Part shown: positions 1 to 10,004 of the stretch, one piece after another
Layout: each line of letters begins with the position of its first letter
Numbering within the stretch: position 1 is the first letter of the stretch
Assembly: GCA_963772455.1 (NCBI GenBank)
Contig: CAVYXJ010000019.1
Span: 1 to 49,406 of the forward strand
From: Candidatus Bathyarchaeota archaeon
GTDB lineage: Archaea > Thermoproteota > Bathyarchaeia > Bathyarchaeales > Bathycorpusculaceae
Direction of reading: 5' to 3'
DNA: 49,406 nt
Position numbers and translations under genes: made by a program
The notes under the pieces: generated by a model
Database searches by the model: none
Seen by the model: only the letters and a program-made list of their open reading frames with translations
What the model was told of the DNA's origin: nothing

Positions 1-13
1 GTCGGACCCGCCA
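1..13 (+). tRNA. 3' end of a tRNA (probably tRNA-Arg), truncated by the window edge; could instead be an att copy
   Basis: GT-CGGACCC-G-CCA reads as the end of the T-stem, the 3' acceptor strand, a G discriminator and an encoded CCA. A GGG(C/T)CCG acceptor stem with G73 is typical of archaeal tRNA-Arg. An integrase remnant converges on it. Confidence 0.55.
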
Positions 14-45
14 AATTATATGGGAGTAAGTACTGTTTTTATGGG

Positions 46-323
46 TCATTTTTCTGTAACCTCTTTGCGTATAATCTGTTTAAGTTCAGTTGCAAGAACG
101 GATAGTTGATGACAGCGGATCTACTCGTCTGTTTGGTTGCTGCGGATTAAGACATCTTTGGAGAGAATTTCCTCTGGGTTTTCTCCCCATGCACTTATGA
201 TTTCTTTAAGTTGCTCGATTCGGTTTACCTTGGTTTTGGGTCTGACTGCTAAGCCAGCGGCAGCGTATAGATTTCTGAGGGTTCAATGCCTAAGCTTTGG
301 ACTTCTTCATAGGTGTCGATGGT
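46..323 (-). pseudogene. C-terminal remnant of a tyrosine (phage-type) integrase
   Basis: Hand translation with frame correction: TIDTYEEVQSLGIE/(T)LRNLYAAAGLAVRPKTKVNRIEQLKEIISAWGENPEEILSKDVLIRSNQTDE*...SVLATELKQIIRKEVTEK*. This resembles Bathyarchaeia integrase tails (catalytic Tyr region). It has a 1-nt frameshift near 281, a stop at 121-123 and no N-terminal part. Confidence 0.6.
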
Positions 324-546
324 TTTCGGCACCGACACAACCCCCTTCAGGGAGTCGTTAATGAAATCGCAGGTCTTACCCAAGTACATTGTTAACTCAG
401 CATCTGCTGGGCTAACGTCATCGTTAACAGTGTCGCCTACCCTAACCTGAACATTAACCAAATCGCCATACATCGGCTTACTCAACCTACCACGTTGTTA
501 GAAAAATCTTTTATTAAATAATAACATAGTAATTATTGATCTGTAA

Positions 547-1359
547 ATGAACAGAAAATCAGTGGCATTGATACTAATCTTTGTTTTCATCATATCTTCA
601 GTGCTTGTGGTTAGGTCAATCTACATGACGCCGTTTGTTCATATATGCAGCACGCCTGCCGTACCCGCTGTCGAGATTAGTTACCCATTGGTTTCGACTG
701 GTGGCTATGTCAATAGCTCCGTTGATTTCACAGTCACCGTCAACACATTCGTTGATTCCCCAGCAATCAAGAGCCTTTCTTACAGCCTAGATGGGGGACA
801 ACAGGTGATCCTAAATGATCTTAGCGTCACTACTTATTCTGACTATGGACCAAGCCAGCTTAATTATACTGCATACAAAGCTAACATCTCATTCAAGGGC
901 TTGTCTGAGGGTAACCATACAGTAACTGCGTCTGCTATTGACTTGTCTGTAAATAGGTCCTTTGTAGTGAACTCAAATTATCACATAACAGCACTCAATG
1001 TCCTCTCTCCCACAAGCCCAACATACACCTCAAATGAAGTGCCGTTGAAGTTTACCTACACTGGAGAAATAACCAATGCACATTACTACCTATACAAGGA
1101 CGGGAAATTGGTATCAGAAAAATCTCTCAGCGGAGACATAACTTTAGACAATCTCTCAGATGGAAGCTATCAACTTTTACTCTTTGTGACAACGCAGTAT
1201 GGACAAGATTCAAAAGCAATGGATTTCCTCGTTATTGGTGTACCGACCATAGTAGCTGCAACAGCTCTATTGATACTGACCCTTTTTATTGGTTTACTTG
1301 TTTACACCAAAAAATTTAAAAAGAAAAAGTCTTTGGATGCGTCTCCTGTTATAACCTGA
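547..1359 (+). CDS. Secreted/membrane-anchored protein with two Ig-like (Big-type) domains
   Basis: N-terminal hydrophobic segment; YSLDGG, LSEGNHTVT and LSDGSYQL Ig-like motifs; C-terminal TM helix followed by a Lys-rich tail. Confidence 0.75.
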   Translation: MNRKSVALILIFVFIISSVLVVRSIYMTPFVHICSTPAVPAVEISYPLVSTGGYVNSSVDFTVTVNTFVDSPAIKSLSYSLDGGQQVILNDLSVTTYSDYGPSQLNYTAYKANISFKGLSEGNHTVTASAIDLSVNRSFVVNSNYHITALNVLSPTSPTYTSNEVPLKFTYTGEITNAHYYLYKDGKLVSEKSLSGDITLDNLSDGSYQLLLFVTTQYGQDSKAMDFLVIGVPTIVAATALLILTLFIGLLVYTKKFKKKKSLDASPVIT

Positions 1360-1426
1360 AGAGCTAACAATTGCTTGAAATTTTTGGAAGGAAAAAAGGT
1401 TAGGTGCAGATTTTGGTTTTGAACTG

Positions 1427-2152
1427 TCATGCTACGACAAAATTTACCCCTTCTACACCTCTAACATATGGAGGGGGACTGTAACTTAGCCATAAATCGT
1501 AAGTCCCCGAGTTAATTTCTTGTTGGAGATTTATTGTTACAGTTACGTTTTGGTTGGGTAATATTCGGCTTGGAGACAAAGTGCCTTCTGTTACTTTTAC
1601 ATACATGGAGACCCCTTCCTTTTCTTTCCATTGAAAAATTGTTGCATGATCGATAACTATAGTTTGGCTGCTGGCTGAATTTACCTCAACCAACAGCGTT
1701 TTAGGCGAGCTGTAGGATACATTGGTTACTTGTATCCACTCAAAAAGAATTAGACTTGAGCTGTATTTTTGTCCATTAGTCGATAGAAGCTCAATACTAT
1801 AGAAATTTCCTTGATTTAGTTGAGTCTCCCCAATATTAGTAGATATAGAAGTTTTTTCTTTAGGTTGCAACTCTACTGATGGCAAAGTGCTTTTAAATAT
1901 TAAGCTGCTTTTCGAATCTTTAATCACAAGTTGTTGAAAAGTGACCGATTTGTCTACCCAGGAAGTTATGTTGAGATCTAAAATCTTAGTTGTGCCGTTG
2001 TATGACGTATCAATTGATAATTCTGGTATGCAAGAACCCCAGCCAATTGAGTTTAGATTATTAATCCAAGAGTAAGCCAAAAAACCGACCGTAACTAAAG
2101 ACAGAATTATAGCTAAGGGAATGAGTACTTTTTTAGAACGCATTTCTGGCAT
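1427..2152 (-). CDS. Hypothetical membrane-anchored beta-rich surface protein
   Basis: 241-aa ORF with an N-terminal TM helix and two Ig-like/pilin-like beta domains. Confidence 0.65.
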   Translation of the reverse strand: MPEMRSKKVLIPLAIILSLVTVGFLAYSWINNLNSIGWGSCIPELSIDTSYNGTTKILDLNITSWVDKSVTFQQLVIKDSKSSLIFKSTLPSVELQPKEKTSISTNIGETQLNQGNFYSIELLSTNGQKYSSSLILFEWIQVTNVSYSSPKTLLVEVNSASSQTIVIDHATIFQWKEKEGVSMYVKVTEGTLSPSRILPNQNVTVTINLQQEINSGTYDLWLSYSPPPYVRGVEGVNFVVA

Positions 2153-2237
2153 AATAGTTAATTAATAGTCGTTTGAATTTAAGATTTTAGACGTCTAACA
2201 CAATCTTTCTAAAACTCTTAGCCTATCGATAATTAAA

Positions 2238-2996
2238 TCATTTTTTACGACGCTTAAGCACCAAAGCAACAGATGCCAATATGAGGCTTAATGGTAAAAG
2301 TGATAATAATGATAATTCTGGCACAGTTGGCGATGGGGAGGGTGAGTTGTTGGCTGCAGGTATGGTGAGTGTTTGTGTGTTACTCCAATCGCTTGTTGTT
2401 CCATTGAAATATAAGTCGTACCAGACACCTCCAAGCGCAGGTTGATATTCACTTGGTCCTGCCTTGAAGTTACCATAAAGGGCTTGCACTTGAACATCCA
2501 TTTCTCTGCCTGTTGGAATAGCATTAACCTTGATAAAATAGAGAGTAAAACTTGTAAAGGTTGAAGTTGAAGCGTTATATGGAATTTCTTTGATGATGGT
2601 TGACATTGAAGCATTATAGGGAACATATTTCATGTAATCAAGCGAGTAGGGGTTTGCAGGGTTGAACGGTTCATAGTTCCATTCGTTTTCGGAATGTTCT
2701 TTCCATCTGAAGTTGTAGTAGTCAGCACCTGAAGGGTTTTTTATTGTTATTTCGATTGTTTTGTTTTCTTGATGGTAGCCTGGCAAAGTAAAATTGTATG
2801 GTTTACCAGTATAAGGGTCAATTGTTGTAGCCATCCTTTCAGGAACATCATAAGAATGATCTATAAGCTTCAAAGTGAAATCTGGCACCGGCGAATCAGG
2901 GTTCGACTGAGCACAAACTCGTTGAATAGCCAATAAGCTTACAGAAACCAGCATAACAACAAACAGTAAGCACAAACCCTTGCTGACTTTGCCCAT
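2238..2996 (-). CDS. Secreted surface protein with PEF-CTERM-like sorting signal
   Basis: Signal peptide; C-terminal SPSPTVPEL followed by a TM helix and KRRKK. Confidence 0.75.
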   Translation of the reverse strand: MGKVSKGLCLLFVVMLVSVSLLAIQRVCAQSNPDSPVPDFTLKLIDHSYDVPERMATTIDPYTGKPYNFTLPGYHQENKTIEITIKNPSGADYYNFRWKEHSENEWNYEPFNPANPYSLDYMKYVPYNASMSTIIKEIPYNASTSTFTSFTLYFIKVNAIPTGREMDVQVQALYGNFKAGPSEYQPALGGVWYDLYFNGTTSDWSNTQTLTIPAANNSPSPSPTVPELSLLSLLPLSLILASVALVLKRRKK

Positions 2997-3374
2997 AGTC
3001 ATTCTTTAGGTGTTTTTGCAATATTAAATTTCCTTAAAAAGAAAAGGGTTTAGGAGCATATTTTTGTTATGGCGTCAAATCAACCGAACCACTAACAAAG
3101 TAGACCGCCCTATTTTTGCTAGGGCAATAGTCCGACCTATCGCGATTTTCATCCAGTTCATTCTCAGCCGCTTCAAAATCTTTTATAATGCCAAGTTTTC
3201 TTTCGCGCCTTCTTCGTATCCTTAGTTTGCAGGCATTCTATCTCAAGCTCTTTAGTCTTTTTGAGTTTTTCATCCTTTTCTTTTGTCTTGTGTGTTATAG
3301 GGTTGTATGTCTGTTTCTTGCGCTAAAGGTTTATTTTTAAGAAAAAAGAGTTTTCATAGCGAGCGAATACGAAC

Positions 3375-4610
3375 TTGGTACCTGATAATGTTGAAGGCGA
3401 AAAGGTGGAAGAGAAGCAGCCGAGAGTAGAATTTAATTTTCCTATGCTTATTGTTAGGACAAAGCGGTTTGCAGGCGTTTTTGATAAGTTAGGTTCTTTT
3501 CGTTCTTCACGTTATTTTTCGTGGTTGGGAATTGTTCTTGTGCCCTTTGTTGCTGGAATTGCACTCTACCTTTTAGTTAACAGTTTAATTGGGATATTGT
3601 CTAATCCTGGGGTGGGTCAAGTAGTTCGGGATTTGGGGCCAGGGTCAATTTTGTTGTTGCCTGGAATCAACCCTTTGCTTCCAATAGTTTATGGGTGGAT
3701 TGCCATTGTAGTTGCAATTATCGTTCATGAAGGAGCCCATGGAATTATAGCTCGAAACGTTAACCTAAGGGTTAAGTCGAGTGGCTTGTTGTTTTTCTTG
3801 ATAGTACCCATTGGGGCTTTTGTTGATGTGGATGAAGAGCAAATAAAGAAAACTAGAGCTCGTTCTGCCCTAAAAGTTATGGCTGGTGGAGTTGGGGCAA
3901 ACATCATTTTAGCTGTTGTGTGCCTTTTGGGAGTTTTATTGCTTGTTGGAAGCTTAACTCCAATTGTCGATAATGGTGTATATATTAATGAGGTTACAGC
4001 TGGATTTCCAGCTCAAACGGCTGGGTTATTGCCAAAAGATGTTCTTATTTCAATCGATAACGTGCAGATTCATAACACCACATCTTTGAGGGAGATATTA
4101 GAAAACAAAACTTCTGGAGACACCCTGAACGTAACGGTCTTAAGGGGTGAGAATTGGCAACAGCCGTTTTCTACAATCGTAAATTTGACAGTATCAGAAA
4201 ATCGGACTATTATGGGCATTATGTCAAGTGATCTATTGACACAGGCAAGGTTAGACAATTACAGAACCTTCTCTATCGAAAGGATTACTATGTATTTAGT
4301 TCCCCCGACATTAGCTTCTGGTCTCACTCCATATTCTGACTCTTTAGCACAATTCTATTCAAGTCCAGTGCCTCAATGGCAAATACTTGCAAATGGTCTA
4401 TTCTGGCTTTGGTTTGTTAATTTCAACCTGGCTATTTTCAATGCTTTGCCAATTTATCCATTAGACGGAGGCAGAATCTTTGACATTACTTTGAAACGAT
4501 ATGTTGGCAAGAGAATAAGTGAAAAAGGTATCCGTTCAATAACTATTGGAGCAACAATTGCTTGTGTAATTCTTGTTGTGTTAGTCACTTTGTTGCCTTT
4601 CATAATATAA
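3375..4610 (+). CDS. Site-2 protease (M50 family) with PDZ domain
   Basis: HEGAH zinc motif, GAFV, NALPIYPLDGG motif, PDZ segment (PAQTAGLLPKDVLISID), multiple TM helices. Confidence 0.95.
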   Translation: MVPDNVEGEKVEEKQPRVEFNFPMLIVRTKRFAGVFDKLGSFRSSRYFSWLGIVLVPFVAGIALYLLVNSLIGILSNPGVGQVVRDLGPGSILLLPGINPLLPIVYGWIAIVVAIIVHEGAHGIIARNVNLRVKSSGLLFFLIVPIGAFVDVDEEQIKKTRARSALKVMAGGVGANIILAVVCLLGVLLLVGSLTPIVDNGVYINEVTAGFPAQTAGLLPKDVLISIDNVQIHNTTSLREILENKTSGDTLNVTVLRGENWQQPFSTIVNLTVSENRTIMGIMSSDLLTQARLDNYRTFSIERITMYLVPPTLASGLTPYSDSLAQFYSSPVPQWQILANGLFWLWFVNFNLAIFNALPIYPLDGGRIFDITLKRYVGKRISEKGIRSITIGATIACVILVVLVTLLPFII

Positions 4611-4664
4611 TAACGCGCTCTCTTTTGCGATTTTTGGCTGGGTGATGTTCAATGGATATGAATC

Positions 4665-5258
4665 TTATTTTTTTGAAACATATTTGTTTTCTTTGATGTA
4701 GAATCGCCATGGCTTGTTTTTCCAGTCGCCAGAATAGTCAACGCCTATTCGGGTTGTTTCTATTATGTCGTCTTTAGGGATCAGTGGTGCATCTTCTATG
4801 TACATTGGTGGTGCAGTCATGTTTGTTTTATTTTGTGCTTTTGATATGGCCATTGCAATGCATAATTTGCTTGGACCATTTGTTAGGTTCGTACACTTTA
4901 TTTGTTGGCCACGGCGTTTTATCATAAGTTCCTTGCCTGTTACTGGTTCGAGTGCACGAATTAGAACCGCTTCTGGTTTTCCTGGAATGTCACCTACAGT
5001 TATGTTGAAGCAGTAATACAGCCCATAGATAAAATAAATGTAAGCATGTCCTTTTTGACCATACATAACTTCGTTTCTATTTGTTCTACGACCTCCAGAA
5101 CTATGTGCTGCTTGATCTTCCGGTCCTTGGTATGCTTCTGTTTCAACAATTCTGCCTGCCGTTGTGCCTTCTTTTGATTCATGAAATAAAATTTTTCCTA
5201 AAAGTTCCTTGGCAACGGTTATTGTGTTCTTTTGGTAGAAGGATTCTTTTAGAATCAT
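4665..5258 (-). CDS. mpg: DNA-3-methyladenine glycosylase (MPG/AAG family)
   Basis: GRIVETEAY, YIYFIYGLYYCFNI, AVLIRALEP, NGPSKLC, RIGV and PWRF motifs. Confidence 0.95.
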   Translation of the reverse strand: MILKESFYQKNTITVAKELLGKILFHESKEGTTAGRIVETEAYQGPEDQAAHSSGGRRTNRNEVMYGQKGHAYIYFIYGLYYCFNITVGDIPGKPEAVLIRALEPVTGKELMIKRRGQQIKCTNLTNGPSKLCIAMAISKAQNKTNMTAPPMYIEDAPLIPKDDIIETTRIGVDYSGDWKNKPWRFYIKENKYVSKK

Positions 5259-5339
5259 AGATGTTAGAGGGAAGCCAACTGACAAATAAGTTTGCCTACA
5301 GTTATTATATGAGACTTGGAGATATAGCTGTGATATTCA

Positions 5340-5708
5340 ATGAGCGATGAAGAGTTAGAGACATTAAAGCGGAAAAGACTCCTTGATTTGCAGAGAAGAA
5401 TAGCTGCTCATCAAGAAAAGCAAGAGCCAAAAATTGATGCCCGTAAGGTTCTTGATAAAGTTTTTAGAGGCAGAGCTTGGGAAGTGTATAACGAAGCGTA
5501 TTCTCAATATCCAGTAGAAATGGCAGAGATAGAGCCTACTCTTGTGAATCTTGTATCTGAGGGCAAGTTTAAAGAAATTGATGGTGAACAGTTGTTTGCA
5601 CTTTTAAGGAGTATTGGCTTGCGTGTTAGTTTGAATTCTGAAATCAAGGTTGTCAGTCATGGGAAAACTCAATCCTTGTCAGAGAAATTTAAGGAATCTA
5701 AAAAATAA
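5340..5708 (+). CDS. PDCD5/TFAR19-like dsDNA-binding protein
   Basis: MSDEELETLKRKRLLDLQRR start and helical body typical of archaeal PDCD5-related proteins. Confidence 0.7.
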   Translation: MSDEELETLKRKRLLDLQRRIAAHQEKQEPKIDARKVLDKVFRGRAWEVYNEAYSQYPVEMAEIEPTLVNLVSEGKFKEIDGEQLFALLRSIGLRVSLNSEIKVVSHGKTQSLSEKFKESKK

Positions 5709-5919
5709 AGAAGTTAACTCTTTATCTTTAGATTTTGTTGAACCATGAATCTACTATTTGGGCTAGTAATTCAATGTGTTTCTATGAATGTTTATTGTTT
5801 CTTTGTCTTTTAAGTTTTGAAATATGTAGAAAATCGGAATATTGTTGATGTCAGCCTAAGCCAGTTATATTACGATACATTAAATGAATTCATAAATCAA
5901 ATGTGAAGGAAAGGATAAC

Positions 5920-6534
5920 ATGAATTTCGTTGAAACAACTCTTTCAAAGAAGATAAAAGAAGCAGAACCAACATTGGATATTTTGGGAGCTGACCGCAAG
6001 GTCCTTCAAGTCGCAGTTCAAGATTTCATGAATTATCTTAACTTCTACCGTAACCTTGAGAATAAAGAGACAAATTTTGAATATCAAGTTAAACAGTTGG
6101 AACAGCTGCAAAAAGAAGAACGCACTGAATTTGATTCATCTTTAGCTGTTTGGAGTAGTATCTGGCTTAGGAAATGGAAAGAAAGGGTTAACCTTTCCAT
6201 TGGAAAACAGATCGCAAAACAATCTTGCAAAGCTTCCGAAAACAACTCAAAAGATGAATCTCTATGGACTAAATTAGAATGCAAGCAAGAATTAATTGGA
6301 ATTGTGGCTTCTGCTCTAATAAAAAATGCTGAAATCTGTGGAACACAAATTATTGCAGAAAACATTGTAAAGATGGAAACATGCAAAAGCTCTGGCCAAG
6401 ACGTGAACAGTAAAGAACAAATCTTGAAGATTTTGAGCAATTCGTTACGTAGCGCACGTGAAACTACTCAAAAACTTGGTCCTTTGATTGCAATACAGGT
6501 TGACAAACGTTATTATTGCGAAGTGAATAACTAG
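5920..6534 (+). CDS. Hypothetical protein
   Basis: 204-aa ORF with AGGA-type SD upstream; no recognised motif. Confidence 0.7.
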   Translation: MNFVETTLSKKIKEAEPTLDILGADRKVLQVAVQDFMNYLNFYRNLENKETNFEYQVKQLEQLQKEERTEFDSSLAVWSSIWLRKWKERVNLSIGKQIAKQSCKASENNSKDESLWTKLECKQELIGIVASALIKNAEICGTQIIAENIVKMETCKSSGQDVNSKEQILKILSNSLRSARETTQKLGPLIAIQVDKRYYCEVNN

Positions 6535-6553
6535 GAAAGGTTTGTTTTTAGTT

Positions 6554-6796
6554 TTAAACTTTCTTCTCAGGGTTTTGATGTTCAGTTTCCAAGTGCAAGA
6601 TTAATTCTTCTTTTGTATTGAAGACTTTGCCACATTTTTGGCAAGTATATTTGTTTGATGTTGGGTTGTCCATTGGAGGAAGCGAGGAAGGCTGCTGATC
6701 GGGTGATTCAAGAGAGCCATCGGGCGGGACTGGTGAGGTTAAATCGTCAAATGGGTCATTTGGTTTTTTTTCATAGGGAAAATCAGATTCAGTCAA
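6554..6796 (-). CDS. Small C2H2 zinc-finger protein
   Basis: YTCQKCGKVFNTKEELILHLETEH (C-x2-C-x12-H-x4-H) after an acidic, Pro-rich N-terminus. Confidence 0.8.
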   Translation of the reverse strand: MTESDFPYEKKPNDPFDDLTSPVPPDGSLESPDQQPSSLPPMDNPTSNKYTCQKCGKVFNTKEELILHLETEHQNPEKKV

Positions 6797-6937
6797 AATA
6801 TCATCTAGAAGGCAAACGGGTGATACTTCTTAAGCATTTGTGTCCCAAAAAATACACACTAGTTATTGTTGCATTTGCATAAATCTATGCAAATAATAAA
6901 AGACAGTAATGAATATAGTATATTGGAGATTTTAAAA

Positions 6938-7147
6938 ATGACAGTTGTAAAAGTCATAGAGTTAATAGGCAGTTCACCAAAAAGCTGGGAAGATGCTACG
7001 CAGAAAGCTTTAGCTGAAGCAGCTTTGACAGTCAAGAACATTAAATCTCTTTACCTGAAAAGTTGTAAGGCAAAAGTGGAAAACAACAAGATCATTGAAT
7101 ATCGAGCAGTCGTAAAAATCGCTTTCGTTGTGCAAAGAGAAAAATAA
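6938..7147 (+). CDS. Dodecin (flavin-binding protein)
   Basis: VVKVIELIGSSPKSWEDA...EYRAVVKIAF; ATG at 6938 follows GGAG. Confidence 0.92.
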   Translation: MTVVKVIELIGSSPKSWEDATQKALAEAALTVKNIKSLYLKSCKAKVENNKIIEYRAVVKIAFVVQREK

Positions 7148-7332
7148 TCGGTCGTTTGCAGTCTTTTTTTCCATCCATCTTTTTTTTGGATTCCAAGTCA
7201 GCAAATATGTTCAAATAATTGAAGTTTAGCCTTTTTTTAATAGGAAAAGTTTGCCTTTTCTTTTCGCTATATCAAGGGTGCGAAGTGTTTATCGATAAGA
7301 GATTCATTTAGTATTAGTTAGGTTTTGAGAAT

Positions 7333-8082
7333 ATGAAATTGTCTGGAAAAGTTGCTTTAGTTACGGGTGCAAATTCGGGAATTGGGGAGGCAATAGCGCT
7401 CTATTTAGCTGAAGAAGGAGCAGACGTCGTAGTAAACTACATTGTGAATCCTTCTGAAGCACAAGAGGTGGTCAAAAAGATTCAAGCAATGGGTAGACGT
7501 TCAGTAGCTTTGAAAGCTGACGTTTCAAACAGCGCTGATGTAAAAGCCATGTTTGAGCAGACCGTCATTGAATTCTCAACATTAGACATACTTGTGAATA
7601 ACGCTGGAATCGGGAACTTCGCCTCAACGGTTGATATGAAAGATGATGTTTGGAACAAGATGCTTGGAGTGCATCTTTACGGCACTATGAACTGTACCCG
7701 TGAAGCCCTAAAAATAATGCTGAAAAACAAGTCGGGTAAAATCATAAATATTGCATCGATTTGCGGCATAACCGGTTGCTTGGGCGCTGCCCACTATTCA
7801 GCAGCAAAAGGTGGAATAATGGGGTATACCCATGCTGTGGCAAGAGAAGTAATCTCCCAAGGCATAAACGTCAATGCAGTCGCTCCCGGATACATCGACA
7901 CACCAATGTTATCAGGCGCTGGATTAAACGATGAATTGCTAAAACAGTTACTAACTCAAATTCCCATCGGCAGGTTAGGGAAGCCACGAGAGATAGCCTC
8001 TTTGGTTGCATACTTAGCTTCTGATGACGCAAACTTTATGGTAGGTCAAGTCATAAGCCCGAACGGTGGCCAAGTTATTTAG
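7333..8082 (+). CDS. Short-chain dehydrogenase/reductase, FabG-like
   Basis: TGANSGIG, NNAG, YSAAK (YxxxK) and VNAVAPG motifs. Confidence 0.93.
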   Translation: MKLSGKVALVTGANSGIGEAIALYLAEEGADVVVNYIVNPSEAQEVVKKIQAMGRRSVALKADVSNSADVKAMFEQTVIEFSTLDILVNNAGIGNFASTVDMKDDVWNKMLGVHLYGTMNCTREALKIMLKNKSGKIINIASICGITGCLGAAHYSAAKGGIMGYTHAVAREVISQGINVNAVAPGYIDTPMLSGAGLNDELLKQLLTQIPIGRLGKPREIASLVAYLASDDANFMVGQVISPNGGQVI

Positions 8083-8154
8083 TTGGCAATTTTATGCCTT
8101 AACTAATCAAGCCTTCCTTTTTGTTTGAAATAGACAACTAATGAGTTATGGTTT

Positions 8155-8811
8155 GTGAGCATGCGCCTCCAAGAAAATAACCTATCGTTAGAGAATCATT
8201 GGAGCCAGTATCGATGTCCCACTGGTGTCTCAGGTAGAAATGTTGCTGCTAACATGAACAGAGGACATTTTGACTTGACAACGTGGGGTCTTAAACATGT
8301 GAATATCCTGTCGGATTCTGTAATTTTGGATGTTGGTTGTGGGGGAGGCAAAACTATTAACCGTTTAGCAAGGAGAGCATCTCTTGGCAAAATATGCGGT
8401 ATTGATCATTCGGAAGATATGGTTGATTTTTCAAAACAAGTCAACAAAAAGTTCGTTGCTTCCAATCGCATAGAAATTGTTCAGGGTAAGGTTGAGAAAA
8501 CAGGTTTTAAAGATAACTTTTTTGATTTGGTAACTGCAATTGAGACCTACTATTTTTGGCCTAATCTTATAGAGGCTTTCCAAGAGATAAAACGTATCCT
8601 AAAGAAAGGAGGATACCTGCTGATTATAAATGAAATGATTGCGGATGGATTGTACGAAGTGAAGAACGCTGAAATAATAGCTAAAACGCATGTACGCCTA
8701 ATGTCGTTGCAGGAAATTCAGAGGATTTTGCTATCTGTAGGTTACAGTAACGTGAGGGTTTATAGAAAGAAAAAATCTGATTGGAATGCCATTGTTGCTC
8801 AGAAATCTTAA
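8155..8811 (+). CDS. Class I SAM-dependent methyltransferase
   Basis: ILDVGCGGG, GIDHS, FDLVTAIET and RILKKGG motifs. Confidence 0.92.
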   Translation: MSMRLQENNLSLENHWSQYRCPTGVSGRNVAANMNRGHFDLTTWGLKHVNILSDSVILDVGCGGGKTINRLARRASLGKICGIDHSEDMVDFSKQVNKKFVASNRIEIVQGKVEKTGFKDNFFDLVTAIETYYFWPNLIEAFQEIKRILKKGGYLLIINEMIADGLYEVKNAEIIAKTHVRLMSLQEIQRILLSVGYSNVRVYRKKKSDWNAIVAQKS

Positions 8812-8828
8812 GTTGCGTTTGTGTAAAT

Positions 8829-9794
8829 TTAGGATCTTTCGGGCAATTCAATTTTTAGCTGCATTTTTAATGACTTGTACCTGTTTCTAACAGTTACTTC
8901 TGTAACTCCAGCAGCCTCAGCAATGTCTTTTTGAGTTATTTTTTCGCCATTCTGCAGACAAGCAATATAGAGTGATGCCGCAGCCATGCCCATTGGATCT
9001 TTTCCTGAAGAGAATCTTTTTTGTCTAGCATTCCTAAGTATTGCTATAGCCATGCCTTGTGTTTTGCCGGATACTCCATTTTTTTCAGCAATTTTTGAAA
9101 CGTAGGTCAACGGGTCTGAAACTGGCATGTGAAATTCGAGTTCTTGTAAGAGCAATCTGTAGCATCTTGCAACATCTTTTTTATCAACTAGGCTTGCTTC
9201 TGCGATTTCGCGAAGAGCTTTGGGTGATCCACTTTTTCGGCAAGCAGCGTAAAGTGCCGCGGCCGCTATGGCGTTGATTGATCTTCCTCGGACTAAGCCT
9301 TTGTCGAGTGCTTTTCTGTATACGAGAGCGGCTTTTTCTCTGATTGGTGGTGAAATGTTTACTTTGCTTGATAAACGCTCTAGTTCTGACATTGCTTGTG
9401 CGAGGTTTCGGTCAACAGATGAGTGGACTCTGCTTCGGATTTGCCATTTTCGTAGGCGCCACATTTGTAGTCTTGTAGATTGAGGTAGTTTTCTTCCGAA
9501 TGCATCGCGGTCGATTTGACTGATGGTTGTCGATAATCCTTTGTCATGAATTGAATATGATGTTGGCATACCGACGCGGCTTCTTGAGGCTTTCTCTTGC
9601 TGAGTGAAAGCGCGCCATTCAGGTCCTTTATCTAACATTTGCTCGTAAAGAACCAGACCGCAGTCGCCGCAAATGGTTTCACCTGTGTCGTTGTCGTGAA
9701 TGAGATTTTTGCCTGAACATTCAGGGCAATCTTCAGCTGAACGTTGATGTTTTTTTAGGATTTCGTTATTTGTACTTGTTTGGGTTATACTCAT
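8829..9794 (-). CDS. tfb: Transcription initiation factor IIB
   Basis: Zn ribbon CPEC...CGDCG, GPEWRAF, cyclin repeats (GRSINAIAAAALYAACR; GKDPMGMAAASLY) and GVTEVTVRNRYK. Confidence 0.98.
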   Translation of the reverse strand: MSITQTSTNNEILKKHQRSAEDCPECSGKNLIHDNDTGETICGDCGLVLYEQMLDKGPEWRAFTQQEKASRSRVGMPTSYSIHDKGLSTTISQIDRDAFGRKLPQSTRLQMWRLRKWQIRSRVHSSVDRNLAQAMSELERLSSKVNISPPIREKAALVYRKALDKGLVRGRSINAIAAAALYAACRKSGSPKALREIAEASLVDKKDVARCYRLLLQELEFHMPVSDPLTYVSKIAEKNGVSGKTQGMAIAILRNARQKRFSSGKDPMGMAAASLYIACLQNGEKITQKDIAEAAGVTEVTVRNRYKSLKMQLKIELPERS

Positions 9795-10004
9795 TTTTTA
9801 TTTACTCCTTTTATTTGCCCAGAACGTCACTAAATCATAAAATCCCGATTCAAGGTGAAGAAAATGTTAATGCGATCCGCGCAATCTTATTAAGAAGTAT
9901 TGTGGTGCTTATTATACATGATTTGTTTTTTCAGCCTTATTCATGGCCAAAATGCTGTATTAAGTGAGTTTTACTCTCATTTTCGATGGGTTACCTAATT
10001 CTTG

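Noticed and set aside
249-485. 78-aa ORF as a real gene, or amber (pyrrolysine) read-through at its TAG
   Set aside because: Its 3' part is a frameshifted integrase remnant, and reading through the TAG hits TAA seven codons later.
3100-3135. Hairpin GCCCTA-N7-TAGGGC as a structured ncRNA or riboswitch
   Set aside because: Only a short stem with no recognisable family features; it cannot be supported.
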